Assembly: GCA_040771865.1 (NCBI GenBank)
Contig: JAXGZF010000007.1
Span: 310,001 to 374,000, forward strand
Source of the DNA: Desulfobacterales bacterium
GTDB lineage: Bacteria; Desulfobacterota; Desulfobacteria; Desulfobacterales; UBA2245
Reading direction: 5' to 3'
DNA length: 64,000 nt
The notes under the pieces: model-generated
What the model saw: only the letters and a program-made list of their open reading frames with translations
What the model was told of the DNA's origin: nothing
The model's database searches: none
Program-made: the position numbers and the translations under genes
Shown: piece by piece, positions 17,203 through 26,275 of the stretch
How the letters are laid out: the number at the start of each line of letters is the position of its first letter
Position numbering within the stretch: the first letter of the stretch is position 1

Positions 17203-17625
17203 TCAGGAAACGCCCAGCCTGGACAAAATGTCCACAATCCGTTTTTTGTCCATGAACCCGGTATTGCGATGGACCTCCCTGCCTTCGGCGTTGAAGAATA
17301 TCTGGGTGGGAATGGTCCGTATTCCGTATTTTCTGGCTTGATCCGGATCTTTCCACACATCGATGAAGATGATTTCGGCCCTGCCGGCATATTCCTTTTT
17401 CAGTTCCTCAAGAATGGGGGCCATCATCTTGCAGGGAACGCATTCGTTGGCGCCGAGATCGAGCATGACGACTCTGTCGGGAGAGGGGGATGTGATGTCC
17501 TGAGACCGGGGAGCCAAATTTTCAGAAGCTCCGGAGTTAAAGAGGGTTCCTCGAATCCCATACAGAATCGCCAGGGCGGCCAGGGCCAGGGCGGCGATGA
17601 GCCATAAACGCTTGTTTTGCTTCAT
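17203..17625 (-). CDS. Membrane-anchored thioredoxin
   Basis: N-terminal TM; CVPC; IPTQIFF. Confidence 0.9.
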   Translation of the reverse strand: MKQNKRLWLIAALALAALAILYGIRGTLFNSGASENLAPRSQDITSPSPDRVVMLDLGANECVPCKMMAPILEELKKEYAGRAEIIFIDVWKDPDQARKYGIRTIPTQIFFNAEGREVHRNTGFMDKKRIVDILSRLGVS

Positions 17626-18569
17626 TTGGAAACCCCCATTCGGGAAAGCTGCTTGAGAATCTCGGCTTCCGGGAAAAAACCGACATGTCGAAAAACCTCT
17701 CCCCCCGTCGCATCGAAAAAGGCCTGAACCGGAATGGACCGGATGCCATAACGGGCAGCCAGAACCTGTTCCTCACGGACAGGAACAAACACCACGTTTA
17801 ACCTGTCTGAATAATTCTTCCGCAAATTATCCACGATGGGTTGCATCATATCGCAGGGCCCGCAACCCGCGGCACCGAATTCCACCAAGGTCGGCCTTCC
17901 GGAACGGCGGGCCTTGTCCACCGGATTGTCCAGCTCAAGACGGCTCTGGGTTTCCACCCAGAGCTGATCAACGCGGAGATGAAACGTATTCGACAACCCG
18001 GCAATGTAGGAATTGACGGCCTCATGCCTTCGGGACTGAAGCAGATACTGACGGATATTGTCTTTGACCTGATCAAAGGGAACATTACCGATCATCTCGC
18101 GATTTTCCCGGTAAAAGGTCTGGAGTTCATCTTCCGACACCGATACCATGGCGGACTTGCGCTCGAACAGCTTCTGAATGGCCTGGTTCTCATCCCCGCC
18201 GCTGTTCGAAATACCGGCTTTCTCAGCCTCCGCGACGAGCACCCGCCGGGTGGCTTCCTGCTCCATGACGAAAAACAGGTTCTTTTCAAGCTGGCTGCGC
18301 AGCTTCGGCTCTTCCTGGTCCACGGACTTCATCAGTTCCGCGCGCGTGATTCGGACCCCGTCGCCGACCAGCAAAACGTCTTCGTCCAGGGGTTCAAGAC
18401 GGGCTGAACCGAGCATCCCCGACGCAAGACCTGAATATTTTTCACTCACCGTCGGCGTCTGGCCTCCATGAGCGATTCCGGTCGATAAAAGGAAAAAAAA
18501 GGCCAGCAACACCTGAAAACTCCGGCGCCCTGAATGGGTGTTCTTATGGAGTGCATCAAATATAAACAT
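17622..18569 (-). CDS. Exported thioredoxin with N-terminal helical SurA/PrsA-like domain
   Basis: Signal-like N-terminus; VSEDELQTFYREN and PFDQVKDNIRQYL; C-terminal CGPC thioredoxin. Confidence 0.8.
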   Translation of the reverse strand: MFIFDALHKNTHSGRRSFQVLLAFFFLLSTGIAHGGQTPTVSEKYSGLASGMLGSARLEPLDEDVLLVGDGVRITRAELMKSVDQEEPKLRSQLEKNLFFVMEQEATRRVLVAEAEKAGISNSGGDENQAIQKLFERKSAMVSVSEDELQTFYRENREMIGNVPFDQVKDNIRQYLLQSRRHEAVNSYIAGLSNTFHLRVDQLWVETQSRLELDNPVDKARRSGRPTLVEFGAAGCGPCDMMQPIVDNLRKNYSDRLNVVFVPVREEQVLAARYGIRSIPVQAFFDATGGEVFRHVGFFPEAEILKQLSRMGVSK

Positions 18570-18594
18570 GATTTTCTTTCCGCGGCATACGATT

Positions 18595-19044
18595 TTATGA
18601 TCCGCTTTTGTCTGTTGAACAGGACGCGCAGCCGCAGCTGCCTGCGAAAGGCCGGATATCGGAAGACGCCTGGCCGCTCACAACCCTTTTGATCGCCGCC
18701 TTGACACGCTCGATATCGGCCCTCGACAGATTGAGATTTCCGCTTTTTTCGATGCCCTCGCCGGTGACGACCAGGTAATTCTTCAAAGGCACTTGTGCCT
18801 GTTTCAGAACCGCCTTTGCGCATCCCACCGGACAGCCGTCGATGATCACCATCACCGGCGCATCCTTGGCGGACTGGACGAATCCGGAAAGCTGCCCGCC
18901 GATGCCGGCCAGACAGAACATTTTTCCGAAGCCATCCTGAGTCAGCTCCACGGCCGCCTGATTGGCCAACTGCCCCACATTGGAGCAGCCCGAGCAGGCC
19001 AGAATCATGACATCTCCACTGCCGGCGCAGCAATCGTCAGCCAT
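18595..19044 (-). CDS. DGC-domain putative zinc-binding protein
   Basis: ACSGCSNVGQ, MFCLAGIG, IDGCPVGCAK. Confidence 0.88.
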   Translation of the reverse strand: MADDCCAGSGDVMILACSGCSNVGQLANQAAVELTQDGFGKMFCLAGIGGQLSGFVQSAKDAPVMVIIDGCPVGCAKAVLKQAQVPLKNYLVVTGEGIEKSGNLNLSRADIERVKAAIKRVVSGQASSDIRPFAGSCGCASCSTDKSGS

Positions 19045-19053
19045 ACAGCCTCC

Positions 19054-19287
19054 TTATTTCCGTATCCAGGATTTAACATCCTCTTTGCCGGGAACCTTGC
19101 CCACCGATTTGACCTGGCCGTCGACCACCACGGCCGGGGTGCCGAACACACCGTAAGAGGCGATCTTCATCAGGTCGGTAACCTTTTCCACATTGGCGGC
19201 CACGCCCGCCTCGGCCAGTGCATCCATGACCACTTTTTCCGTCTGCCGGCATTTCGGGCAGCCGGGGCCCAGGACCTTGATTTCCAT
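19054..19287 (-). CDS. Small redox-active disulfide protein (MTH895/TM0996-like thioredoxin)
   Basis: MEIKVLGPGCPKC...YGVFGTPAVVVDG. Confidence 0.92.
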   Translation of the reverse strand: MEIKVLGPGCPKCRQTEKVVMDALAEAGVAANVEKVTDLMKIASYGVFGTPAVVVDGQVKSVGKVPGKEDVKSWIRK

Positions 19288-19299
19288 GATGCTGCTCCT

Positions 19300-19689
19300 T
19301 TATATACTTTGTTGATGAATCAGATGATACGCCGCCTTCCGGATCAACGAGGCCGGTATCCTCTCGAAGGTTCGGCCGCCGCGTTCGATGGTCCGGCACA
19401 TAATGGTTCCGCCGATCAGTTCTCCGCAGGAGACGCAGCAGTTTTCCCCTTTGCGCGCATTCGGAAGGAGTTCCTCGATAGGAATTCCGTTTATCAGAAT
19501 GCTGTTGGATTGTGAAATCTTATCCCCGGTCAACAGCGTCTCCTTCAGGACCACTTCCCATCCCCCGGGTTGAAGTTCCGCGGCCAGAGTCTCGCAGGCG
19601 CTGCGGACCTCCTCTCCGGTATCCGCACACCGTTCGCAGGTTCTGCCCTCCTTGTCCAGATGACGCCACTCGATCTCAAGTCGTTTCAT
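19300..19689 (-). CDS. DUF2703-like Cys-rich protein
   Basis: WRHL..GRTCERC..TG, SNSILING, NCCVSC, CRT. Likely start is the internal MKRLEIEW. Confidence 0.8.
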   Translation of the reverse strand: MKRLEIEWRHLDKEGRTCERCADTGEEVRSACETLAAELQPGGWEVVLKETLLTGDKISQSNSILINGIPIEELLPNARKGENCCVSCGELIGGTIMCRTIERGGRTFERIPASLIRKAAYHLIHQQSI

Positions 19690-19709
19690 AATCGCCCCTG
19701 CTGAAAGAG

Positions 19710-20882
19710 TCAAGCGAACAGCATGCCGTAGAGTATTCCGGCAATGGTGCTCAGGATCACGATAATGCCGCAGAAGGTTGCGGTTTTTTTCACGCCCATG
19801 ACGCTGCCGATCACCAGCATGTTGGGCAGCGACAGCGCAGGACCCGCCAGCAGCAGAGCCAGTGCCGGGCCCTTGCCCATGCCGGACCCGATCAATCCCT
19901 GCAAAATAGGCACCTCGGTCAGGGTGGCAAAATACATCAGGGCGCCGGCCACAGCGGCGATCAGGTTGGCGCCGATAGAGTTGCCGCCCAGAAGGGACTG
20001 GACCCACTGCTCGGGAATCAGGGCGGGATGGCCGGGGCGTCCCAGCAGAAATCCGGCCACAAGGACTCCGCCGGCCAGCAGCGGAAAAATCTGCTTCATG
20101 AAGCCCCAGGTGGATTCCACCCAGTCCCTGCACTCCTCCCGGGTGAACCAGGCCTTGAGCATGATCCCCAGCACGATCAGCAGAATGATGGTAATATACC
20201 ATTTGGCGGCAAAGATGGCCGGCCACAGCCCGCTCGATCCGGCAGCAGGCCTGGCAAATGCGGCAAAGACCAGGATCAGCACCATGGTCAGAATGTACAG
20301 GGTGTCCTGCATCAGGGTGCGCTCTTTTGCCCCGGCGTCGGGCAGATAGATCTGTCCGGCGGTGCGGGCCGCATCATCCTTGCGAAAAATCAGGGCCATC
20401 AGCAGACCCGTGACAACGGCGAAAACCACAGCGCCCACCGCGCGGGCCAGGCCCAGCTGCCAGCCGAGAATCTTGGCCGTCAGCGTGATGGCCAGCACGT
20501 TGATGGCCGGGCCGGAATAAAGAAAAGCCGTGGCCGGGCCGATCCCGGCTCCCCGGTTGTAAATGCCAGCAAAAAGGGGCAGCACCGTGCAGGAACACAC
20601 GGCCAGTATGGTGCCCGAAACAGAGGCCACTGAATAAGCCAGAATCTTGCTGGCCTGGGCTCCGAAGTATTTGAGCACCGAGGCCTGAGAGACAAATACG
20701 GCAATGGCGCCGGCAATGAAAAATGCGGGAATCAGGCAGGTCAGAACGTGCTCCCTGGCATATTCCTGAAGCATCATGAAGGCTTCGAGCCCGGACTGCC
20801 GAATGACCGGATGGCTCCAGGGAATATAATAAGCGGCTGCGAAAACGCCGATGATCAGAAACAGCTTGGTGCGCTCTTTCAT
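19710..20882 (-). CDS. DUF318/ArsP-like permease (long type)
   Basis: EHVLTCLIPAFFIAG, AVCSCTVLPLF, SGPAIN, MYFATLTEVP, GPALSLP. Confidence 0.92.
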   Translation of the reverse strand: MKERTKLFLIIGVFAAAYYIPWSHPVIRQSGLEAFMMLQEYAREHVLTCLIPAFFIAGAIAVFVSQASVLKYFGAQASKILAYSVASVSGTILAVCSCTVLPLFAGIYNRGAGIGPATAFLYSGPAINVLAITLTAKILGWQLGLARAVGAVVFAVVTGLLMALIFRKDDAARTAGQIYLPDAGAKERTLMQDTLYILTMVLILVFAAFARPAAGSSGLWPAIFAAKWYITIILLIVLGIMLKAWFTREECRDWVESTWGFMKQIFPLLAGGVLVAGFLLGRPGHPALIPEQWVQSLLGGNSIGANLIAAVAGALMYFATLTEVPILQGLIGSGMGKGPALALLLAGPALSLPNMLVIGSVMGVKKTATFCGIIVILSTIAGILYGMLFA

Positions 20883-20994
20883 ACCTCATTATCCTTTGCG
20901 GCGGCCCCAGGACGAGAGGTGTAACATAATGTTCGCGTCGTCCGGCCGCCTGTATTCTTAATTCGTCATATATCGATATAATAGCCTGAAAAAG

Positions 20995-21151
20995 TCAGCT
21001 TCCGCGGATGGTTTCCCGGTGGATCTCCGGCAATCCCGCCATAAATGCCGCCACCTCGGCATCCTCCTCCAGCCAGTGGCGGAGGTTTCCCGGCAGATTC
21101 GCCGCATTTGGAATCGGACAGGGATTTCATGACCTTGATGAACTCTCTCAT
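20995..21151 (-). pseudogene. arsR: ArsR-family repressor pseudogene (internal deletion plus frameshift)
   Basis: N-terminal MREFIKVMKSLSD joins out of frame to AANLPGNLRHWLEEDAEVAAFMAGLPEIHRETIRGS*; the HTH/CVC core is absent. Confidence 0.8.
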
Positions 21152-21175
21152 GCCACATATATATTTTGTTTTTGG

Positions 21176-21204
21176 AATATAGTAGTTCGAAACCAACCTG
21201 TCAA
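21176..21204 (-). promoter_or_regulatory. Sigma70-like promoter of the redox operon
   Basis: TTGACA-17 bp-TATATT. Confidence 0.7.
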
Positions 21205-21351
21205 GCTTGAATATCCATGGCGAGCTGTTCCGGGCGAGACATCGCATTTTAAAAAAACAGGGCGCACCTTAAACCGGACCGGCAAACCGGGAGAATGGTT
21301 TTGACGCTTTGAAAAGGAGAATAAGGATGCAGGCTTGAGCCGATCGAATGA

Positions 21352-21942
21352 TTATCTTGAATCTGTTTTCAGCAGACGACTGAACTTCCGACTGTTTTTC
21401 TCCATCAACATCCTGGTCGAAGGCGCTTTCCGGGCTCTGGCGCTCCAAAAAATATGATCCGCGTCCATAACCGGATCTCCGGATTCCAAAGCCTCCGCAT
21501 ACCAGAGCATCTTTCCGCTTGCCACATCATGCACCGCGATTTCTTGATCGACCCACGAGGATTCGAGCATCCCGCCTTCAAGGATCCTCAGCACACTGCC
21601 GCGGATGATCAGATCATAGCCCTTTTCCCTGGCCACGCGAAGCTGATCCTCAAGCGTCAAGGGATATTCACCGGAAAACTCCGCGTAAAGCTCCCGAAAA
21701 ACGCCGTCCTTGAGCAGCTGTTTGTAAAGCAGATCCGCGGCCATTTCGCCGGCCCGAGGCGCGTAGGCCACCGACTCAAACCGGAAAATTCCCACCCGGG
21801 CAGAAGGGTAATTGCCGGCGGTTCTGAGATGAATATTCTCCGGCAGGCGGGAATCGCCGAAACCGGCACACCCGGAACCCAGAATTGCCACGAATCCGAT
21901 AATGGCAGAAGCTGCCCATATTTTGAATATTTTATTCAGCAT
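21352..21942 (-). CDS. Putative lipoprotein of unknown function
   Basis: Signal peptide with lipobox-like LGSGC. Confidence 0.65.
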   Translation of the reverse strand: MLNKIFKIWAASAIIGFVAILGSGCAGFGDSRLPENIHLRTAGNYPSARVGIFRFESVAYAPRAGEMAADLLYKQLLKDGVFRELYAEFSGEYPLTLEDQLRVAREKGYDLIIRGSVLRILEGGMLESSWVDQEIAVHDVASGKMLWYAEALESGDPVMDADHIFWSARARKAPSTRMLMEKNSRKFSRLLKTDSR

Positions 21943-22078
21943 TCTGAAATGGTCATGCAAGGACGCCGGACAAGACAAAACCGCAAGCCCGAAATTTTGT
22001 TTTCGTTTCTCGAAACACTTTACATTTATCAGATTTGATTTATTATGCAAAAGTATATTTTTCATTCAGGAGACTTGC

Positions 22079-22375
22079 ATGTTCACAGAATTAAACATTC
22101 CCGAGGAGATTCTTGGATCCTTCAGGCGAATTCAGCGTTCGCTTCCGGAATATTTGAAAAACGACACCGAATTTCTGGAAAAAATTCTGGTGTATCTGAA
22201 GCTTGGCGGGGACAAATTCGCCAGACAACGCATTGAGATGATTCAAAAACAATTTGATCAGGAATTTTTTCTGATCAAAAGACGCTTCAGCGAAGAGCCC
22301 TCCGAAGAGGATGAAGAAGTGGATGAATCTGAAGAATCTGAAGAGGAGGAGGAAGATTCCGACAATCTTGATTAA
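22079..22375 (+). CDS. Small hypothetical protein with very acidic C-terminal tail
   Basis: RBS AGGAG; tail EEPSEEDEEVDESEESEEEEEDSDNLD. Confidence 0.7.
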   Translation: MFTELNIPEEILGSFRRIQRSLPEYLKNDTEFLEKILVYLKLGGDKFARQRIEMIQKQFDQEFFLIKRRFSEEPSEEDEEVDESEESEEEEEDSDNLD

Positions 22376-22470
22376 ACCGGCATTCGCCCCGTGCCCGGAT
22401 CGCTGTCCATTTCGAAAGTATCGGCGAATCGATCATTCAAAGCAACAATCGAAACAGTCAGGACCTTTAA

Positions 22471-22613
22471 CAGGGTGTTGAAAAACAAGAATCAGGCCGT
22501 CAGGCAAGGCGCGCGGCGATGCGACAAGCGCAGCATATTCAAGCATATGTAAGCATTGGCGAGAGCCGCGCAACGCTGAATGGCGGCCTCAGGCACAGTT
22601 TTTCAACAGCCTG
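22471..22613. mobile_element. MITE-like palindromic element, copy 1
   Basis: Terminal inverted repeats CAGGgTGTTGAAAAAC / GTTTTTCAACAgCCTG; TTAA on both flanks; second copy at 51.6 kb. Confidence 0.8.
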
Positions 22614-22641
22614 TTAAAGCCGCACACCAATTCTCACACCC

Positions 22642-22676
22642 AAAAAAAGAGGCTACAGCTCTGAAGCTGTAACCAC
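22642..22676 (-). terminator. Intrinsic terminator after the tRNA pair
   Basis: Minus-strand hairpin GGTTACAGC..GCTGTAGCC followed by a T run. Confidence 0.7.
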
Positions 22677-22686
22677 TTGATTTTAT

Positions 22687-22763
<77 letters not shown>

Positions 22764-22770
22764 CAAAAAA

Positions 22771-22846
22771 TGGGGTGAGTGAAGGGGCTCGAACCCTCGA
22801 CAACCGGGGCCACAACCCGGTGCTCTGCCAGCTGAGCTACACCCAC
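22771..22846 (-). tRNA. tRNA-His(GTG)
   Basis: Cloverleaf, anticodon GTG, encoded G-1 at 22847, CCA end. Confidence 0.97.
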
Positions 22847-23051
22847 CATATCGTCCATATCGGGAAATTTTCTCTATCAGATTGACGGACCCTTTTCAAG
22901 GCATTTTCATGGAATCTCCAAAATAATTACCGCCGGCGGTCCTCCTCCCGATACGGGCAATTGCATGTCTCCGGCGATTCATGATTCGGCCTCAACGTCC
23001 GGCAATTCTGCCGGGATCTACGATCAATTGCTCTCACGACATTCAAAGTTG

Positions 23052-23080
23052 TTGACCGTGTTTTTCTTCTAATATAAGAT
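23052..23080 (+). promoter_or_regulatory. Sigma70-like promoter upstream of small ORF-selB
   Basis: TTGACC-17-TAAGAT. Confidence 0.55.
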
Positions 23081-23119
23081 CAAAATTTAATTTACACGGG
23101 CATTGCAGGGAAAAAGCCT

Positions 23120-23326
23120 GTGCAAAAGGAAAAGGAATACCGGCGTATGGGCGGCTTGAATGTTTTTGCTATTCGATTGGTACTGGCGATTTTTTTTGCC
23201 GTGATATTGTCGCGGTTTTTCTTTCCGCAGGGAAATATATTTTATGTCATCGGGCTTGCGATTTTCCTGATGGGCATGGCGTATGTTTTCGAATACTGGA
23301 AATACTGGAGAAGTCGAAAACGCTAA
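23120..23326 (+). CDS. Small two-TM membrane protein
   Basis: Two hydrophobic segments; ends 20 bp before selB. Confidence 0.6.
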   Translation: MQKEKEYRRMGGLNVFAIRLVLAIFFAVILSRFFFPQGNIFYVIGLAIFLMGMAYVFEYWKYWRSRKR

Positions 23327-23346
23327 CCAGACGGGAGCCTTCATCC

Positions 23347-25257
23347 TTGAAACAGATCATCCTGGGAACAGCCGGACATATCGATCACGGAAAGACCTCT
23401 CTGGTCAAGGCTGTGACCGGCATCGAAACCGACCGTCTCAAGGAGGAAAAACTGCGGGGCATTACCATCGAACTGGGATTTGCCTCTCTGGATCTTCCCG
23501 AAGGCCGGCATGTAGGCATCGTCGATGTTCCCGGGCATGAAAAATTCGTCAAGCACATGGTGGCCGGCGCAACCGGAATCGACATCGTTGTCATGGTCAT
23601 CGCCGCGGACGAGGGCATCATGCCCCAGACCCGGGAGCACATGGAAATCTGCTCGCTTCTGGGAATCCGGCATGGTTTTGTTGCCCTGACCAAAATCGAC
23701 ATGGTCGAGCCGGACTGGCTGGATCTGGTCACCGAAGAAGTCCGGGATTTCACTCAGGGCACTTTCCTCGAAGGCGCCCCAATCGTACCGGTGTCATCGA
23801 TCACGGGCAAGGGAATCGCCGATTTTATCAAAACTCTGGACGCACTTTGCCGGAAGGTTCCCGACCGCTCCAACTCCGGCATCTTCCGGCTTCCCGTAGA
23901 CCGTGTATTCACCATGCACGGATTCGGCACGGTAATCACCGGCACCCTGATCTCCGGTTGCATTCGAACCGGAGATGCGGTCATGATTTATCCGTCGAAA
24001 ATCACCTCAAAGGTTCGCGGCATTCAGGCCCACAATCAGACCGTCGAGGAGGCGGCTGCCGGCATGCGCACGGCCATCAATTTTCAGGGGCTCGAAAAAG
24101 CCGTAATCAATCGCGGAGATGTTCTGTCCACCCCCGAATCTCTGTTTCCCAGTTTTATGGTCGACATCCTGCTCGAATATCTTCCCGGAAACCCAAAAGT
24201 ACTGAAAAATCGCACCCGGGTGAGGTTTCACAGCGGAACCAGCGAAATTCTCGGCAACGTCATTCTGCTGAATGCGGATGAGATGCAGCCCGGCCAGAGC
24301 GCTTTGGCTCAGATTCGACTCGATGCGCCGATAACGGTTGTAAAGGATGACCGCTTTGTGATACGAAGCTATTCGCCGGTTCGAACCATCGGCGGCGGCC
24401 AGGTGATCAATCCGATCCCCCCAAAACACAAGCGGTTTCAACCCGACATTATTGAAGGTCTGAAGCGTCTGCTTGAAGCCGATTTCGAGTCGGTGGCCGT
24501 TTGTCAGACCGAGGCCTGCGGCATCAAAGGGGTTAGCTTCAACGAGCTGAGAATCATGACCAATCTGCAGGAAAAACGTCTTCAGCAAACCCTGCATGGA
24601 CTGCTGTCGAAACAGACGCTGATTCAGGTGGATAAAGACCCGCCGACTTTTATTCACCGGCGCGCCTATGATCAGCTCAAGCAAGACGCCCTTGGGCATC
24701 TTGAAGCCTACCACAAGGCCAACCCCCTGAAAGCCGGAATGCAGAAGGAAGAGCTCAAATCGAAGCTGCCTCCTTTTCTGGGGCCGAAACTGTACAACCT
24801 TCTGCTCGTCCAGACCTCAAAAGAAGGGGCCGTCGTTGCGGAAGAGGACCTGATCCGCCTGGCCGCCCACCGCATTTCCCTTGGAGAAGACCAGGCCGTC
24901 ATTCGGAACCGGATTCTTGACGCATACCGGAAAAGCGGACTTCAACCCCCTTATTTCAACGATCTCTGCGTCCAGATGAACATTTCCGAAAACCGTGCCA
25001 AAGAAGTGCTCATGCTGCTGGTAAACGAAGGGACCATCGTCAAGATCAAGGAAGACCTTTATTTTGACATTCGGGCCGTAGATGATTTAAAAGAAAGACT
25101 GGTGAACTTTCTGATCCGAAACGGAGAGATCACCACACCGCAATTCAAGGAAATGACAGGGGTTTCCCGGAAATTCGTGATCCCCCTGATCGAATATTTT
25201 GATTCCAAGAATGTGACCATCCGGATCGGCGATATCCGGAAACTGAGGAATCGATAA
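23347..25257 (+). CDS. selB: Selenocysteine-specific elongation factor SelB
   Basis: [30 protein letters not shown]-terminal winged helix [13 protein letters not shown]. Confidence 0.97.
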   Translation: MKQIILGTAGHIDHGKTSLVKAVTGIETDRLKEEKLRGITIELGFASLDLPEGRHVGIVDVPGHEKFVKHMVAGATGIDIVVMVIAADEGIMPQTREHMEICSLLGIRHGFVALTKIDMVEPDWLDLVTEEVRDFTQGTFLEGAPIVPVSSITGKGIADFIKTLDALCRKVPDRSNSGIFRLPVDRVFTMHGFGTVITGTLISGCIRTGDAVMIYPSKITSKVRGIQAHNQTVEEAAAGMRTAINFQGLEKAVINRGDVLSTPESLFPSFMVDILLEYLPGNPKVLKNRTRVRFHSGTSEILGNVILLNADEMQPGQSALAQIRLDAPITVVKDDRFVIRSYSPVRTIGGGQVINPIPPKHKRFQPDIIEGLKRLLEADFESVAVCQTEACGIKGVSFNELRIMTNLQEKRLQQTLHGLLSKQTLIQVDKDPPTFIHRRAYDQLKQDALGHLEAYHKANPLKAGMQKEELKSKLPPFLGPKLYNLLLVQTSKEGAVVAEEDLIRLAAHRISLGEDQAVIRNRILDAYRKSGLQPPYFNDLCVQMNISENRAKEVLMLLVNEGTIVKIKEDLYFDIRAVDDLKERLVNFLIRNGEITTPQFKEMTGVSRKFVIPLIEYFDSKNVTIRIGDIRKLRNR

Positions 25258-25322
25258 ACTTATAACAACCCTGTTTGTTCAAATAAGGTGTACATTTTCT
25301 GGCGCCGATTAAGGGAGATGTT

Positions 25323-26222
25323 ATGAAAGACTACAAAATCTTTGCCACTGGCCGCATCATCGCGGCTGTCGTCGTATCGCTCGCCGTCATATGGGTGTTC
25401 AACGCCTTTCTGGAAATTCTAACCAAACCGCCGCGGGCCGAAGCGCTGCAGGGGATTGCCGCAGGAAAATCGAAACCCGGCGTCGCTCTGGCTGGAGCCA
25501 GCATTCAGACTCTGGACTTCGAGGTCAACGGGCGATTCTGGGGATGGCGTCCCAATGATATCCTGAACTTCACCGACAACATGAACAATTATCAGCTCGG
25601 CGTTCTGGAAGTGACGCGAAGAACGGTAAGGGTGTTCATGGAATCCCTTACGCTCAAGAGCCGTGAGGCGGATTACGAACCCCTGCTGGCAAAAGCCAGC
25701 ACGGCCCTGATGGTCTCCCCGGAACGATACTGGTTTCCCTCTCCGGAATCAAAATACAATCAGGCCTTCAACGCCATGGATGCCTACGCCAAGAATCTGG
25801 AAGAAGGAAAGGCGCCGTTTTTCAATCGCGCCAACACCCTGATCGTTCTGCTCAACTCCTTCCTGGAGCTGGTTGAGGATTGCGATGACAAGCTCGTGTC
25901 CGCCGAAGAGGCCGGGAAGGTGCCGGTTCGTCGCACCCAGGCAGACAACCTCGTATATTATGCCAAGGGGGTAGCGACCACACTGGTTCCGATACTGGAA
26001 GCCGTTGAAAAAGACTTTGACAACGTCATCGCGCTGCGCAAGGACAAGTCGGCGCTGAGCAAGGCCATTGCTGCCGCCCGCCGGGCCGCGGAGATTGATC
26101 CGATCGTGGTGACAGAATCAGGTCTGAGCGGGGTTTTTGCCAATCACCGGGCCAACATGGCGGCGCCCTTCACCCACTTGCGGCTTTACCTGGCAACCTT
26201 GATCAAGGAAGTATCTTCTTAA
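25323..26222 (+). CDS. DUF2333-family protein
   Basis: GWRPND, DNMNNYQLG, WFPSPE, YYAKG, FANHRANMA. Confidence 0.8.
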   Translation: MKDYKIFATGRIIAAVVVSLAVIWVFNAFLEILTKPPRAEALQGIAAGKSKPGVALAGASIQTLDFEVNGRFWGWRPNDILNFTDNMNNYQLGVLEVTRRTVRVFMESLTLKSREADYEPLLAKASTALMVSPERYWFPSPESKYNQAFNAMDAYAKNLEEGKAPFFNRANTLIVLLNSFLELVEDCDDKLVSAEEAGKVPVRRTQADNLVYYAKGVATTLVPILEAVEKDFDNVIALRKDKSALSKAIAAARRAAEIDPIVVTESGLSGVFANHRANMAAPFTHLRLYLATLIKEVSS

Positions 26223-26228
26223 AATCTC

Positions 26229-26258
26229 AAGGGGCGGAAGACAATTCCGCCCCTTTTT
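26229..26258 (+). terminator. Intrinsic terminator
   Basis: AAGGGGCGGAA-gacaa-TTCCGCCCCTT followed by Ts, between convergent genes. Confidence 0.8.
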
Positions 26259-26275
26259 TCACAGTCATTTTTGAA

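Noticed and set aside
19690..20226. N-terminal part of the 308-aa ORF 19300-20226
   Set aside because: It overlaps the permease in another frame; the recognisable protein starts at 19689.
11627..21151. Selenoproteins (UGA read-through) in the Cys-rich cluster, prompted by nearby selB
   Set aside because: All redox motifs use Cys codons, and the TGA stops fall at natural C-termini.
12860..21200. hgcAB, arsC or arsM in the ars cluster
   Set aside because: No HgcA NVWCAAGK-like, ArsC CxxNxxRS-like or SAM-methyltransferase motif in the ORFs.
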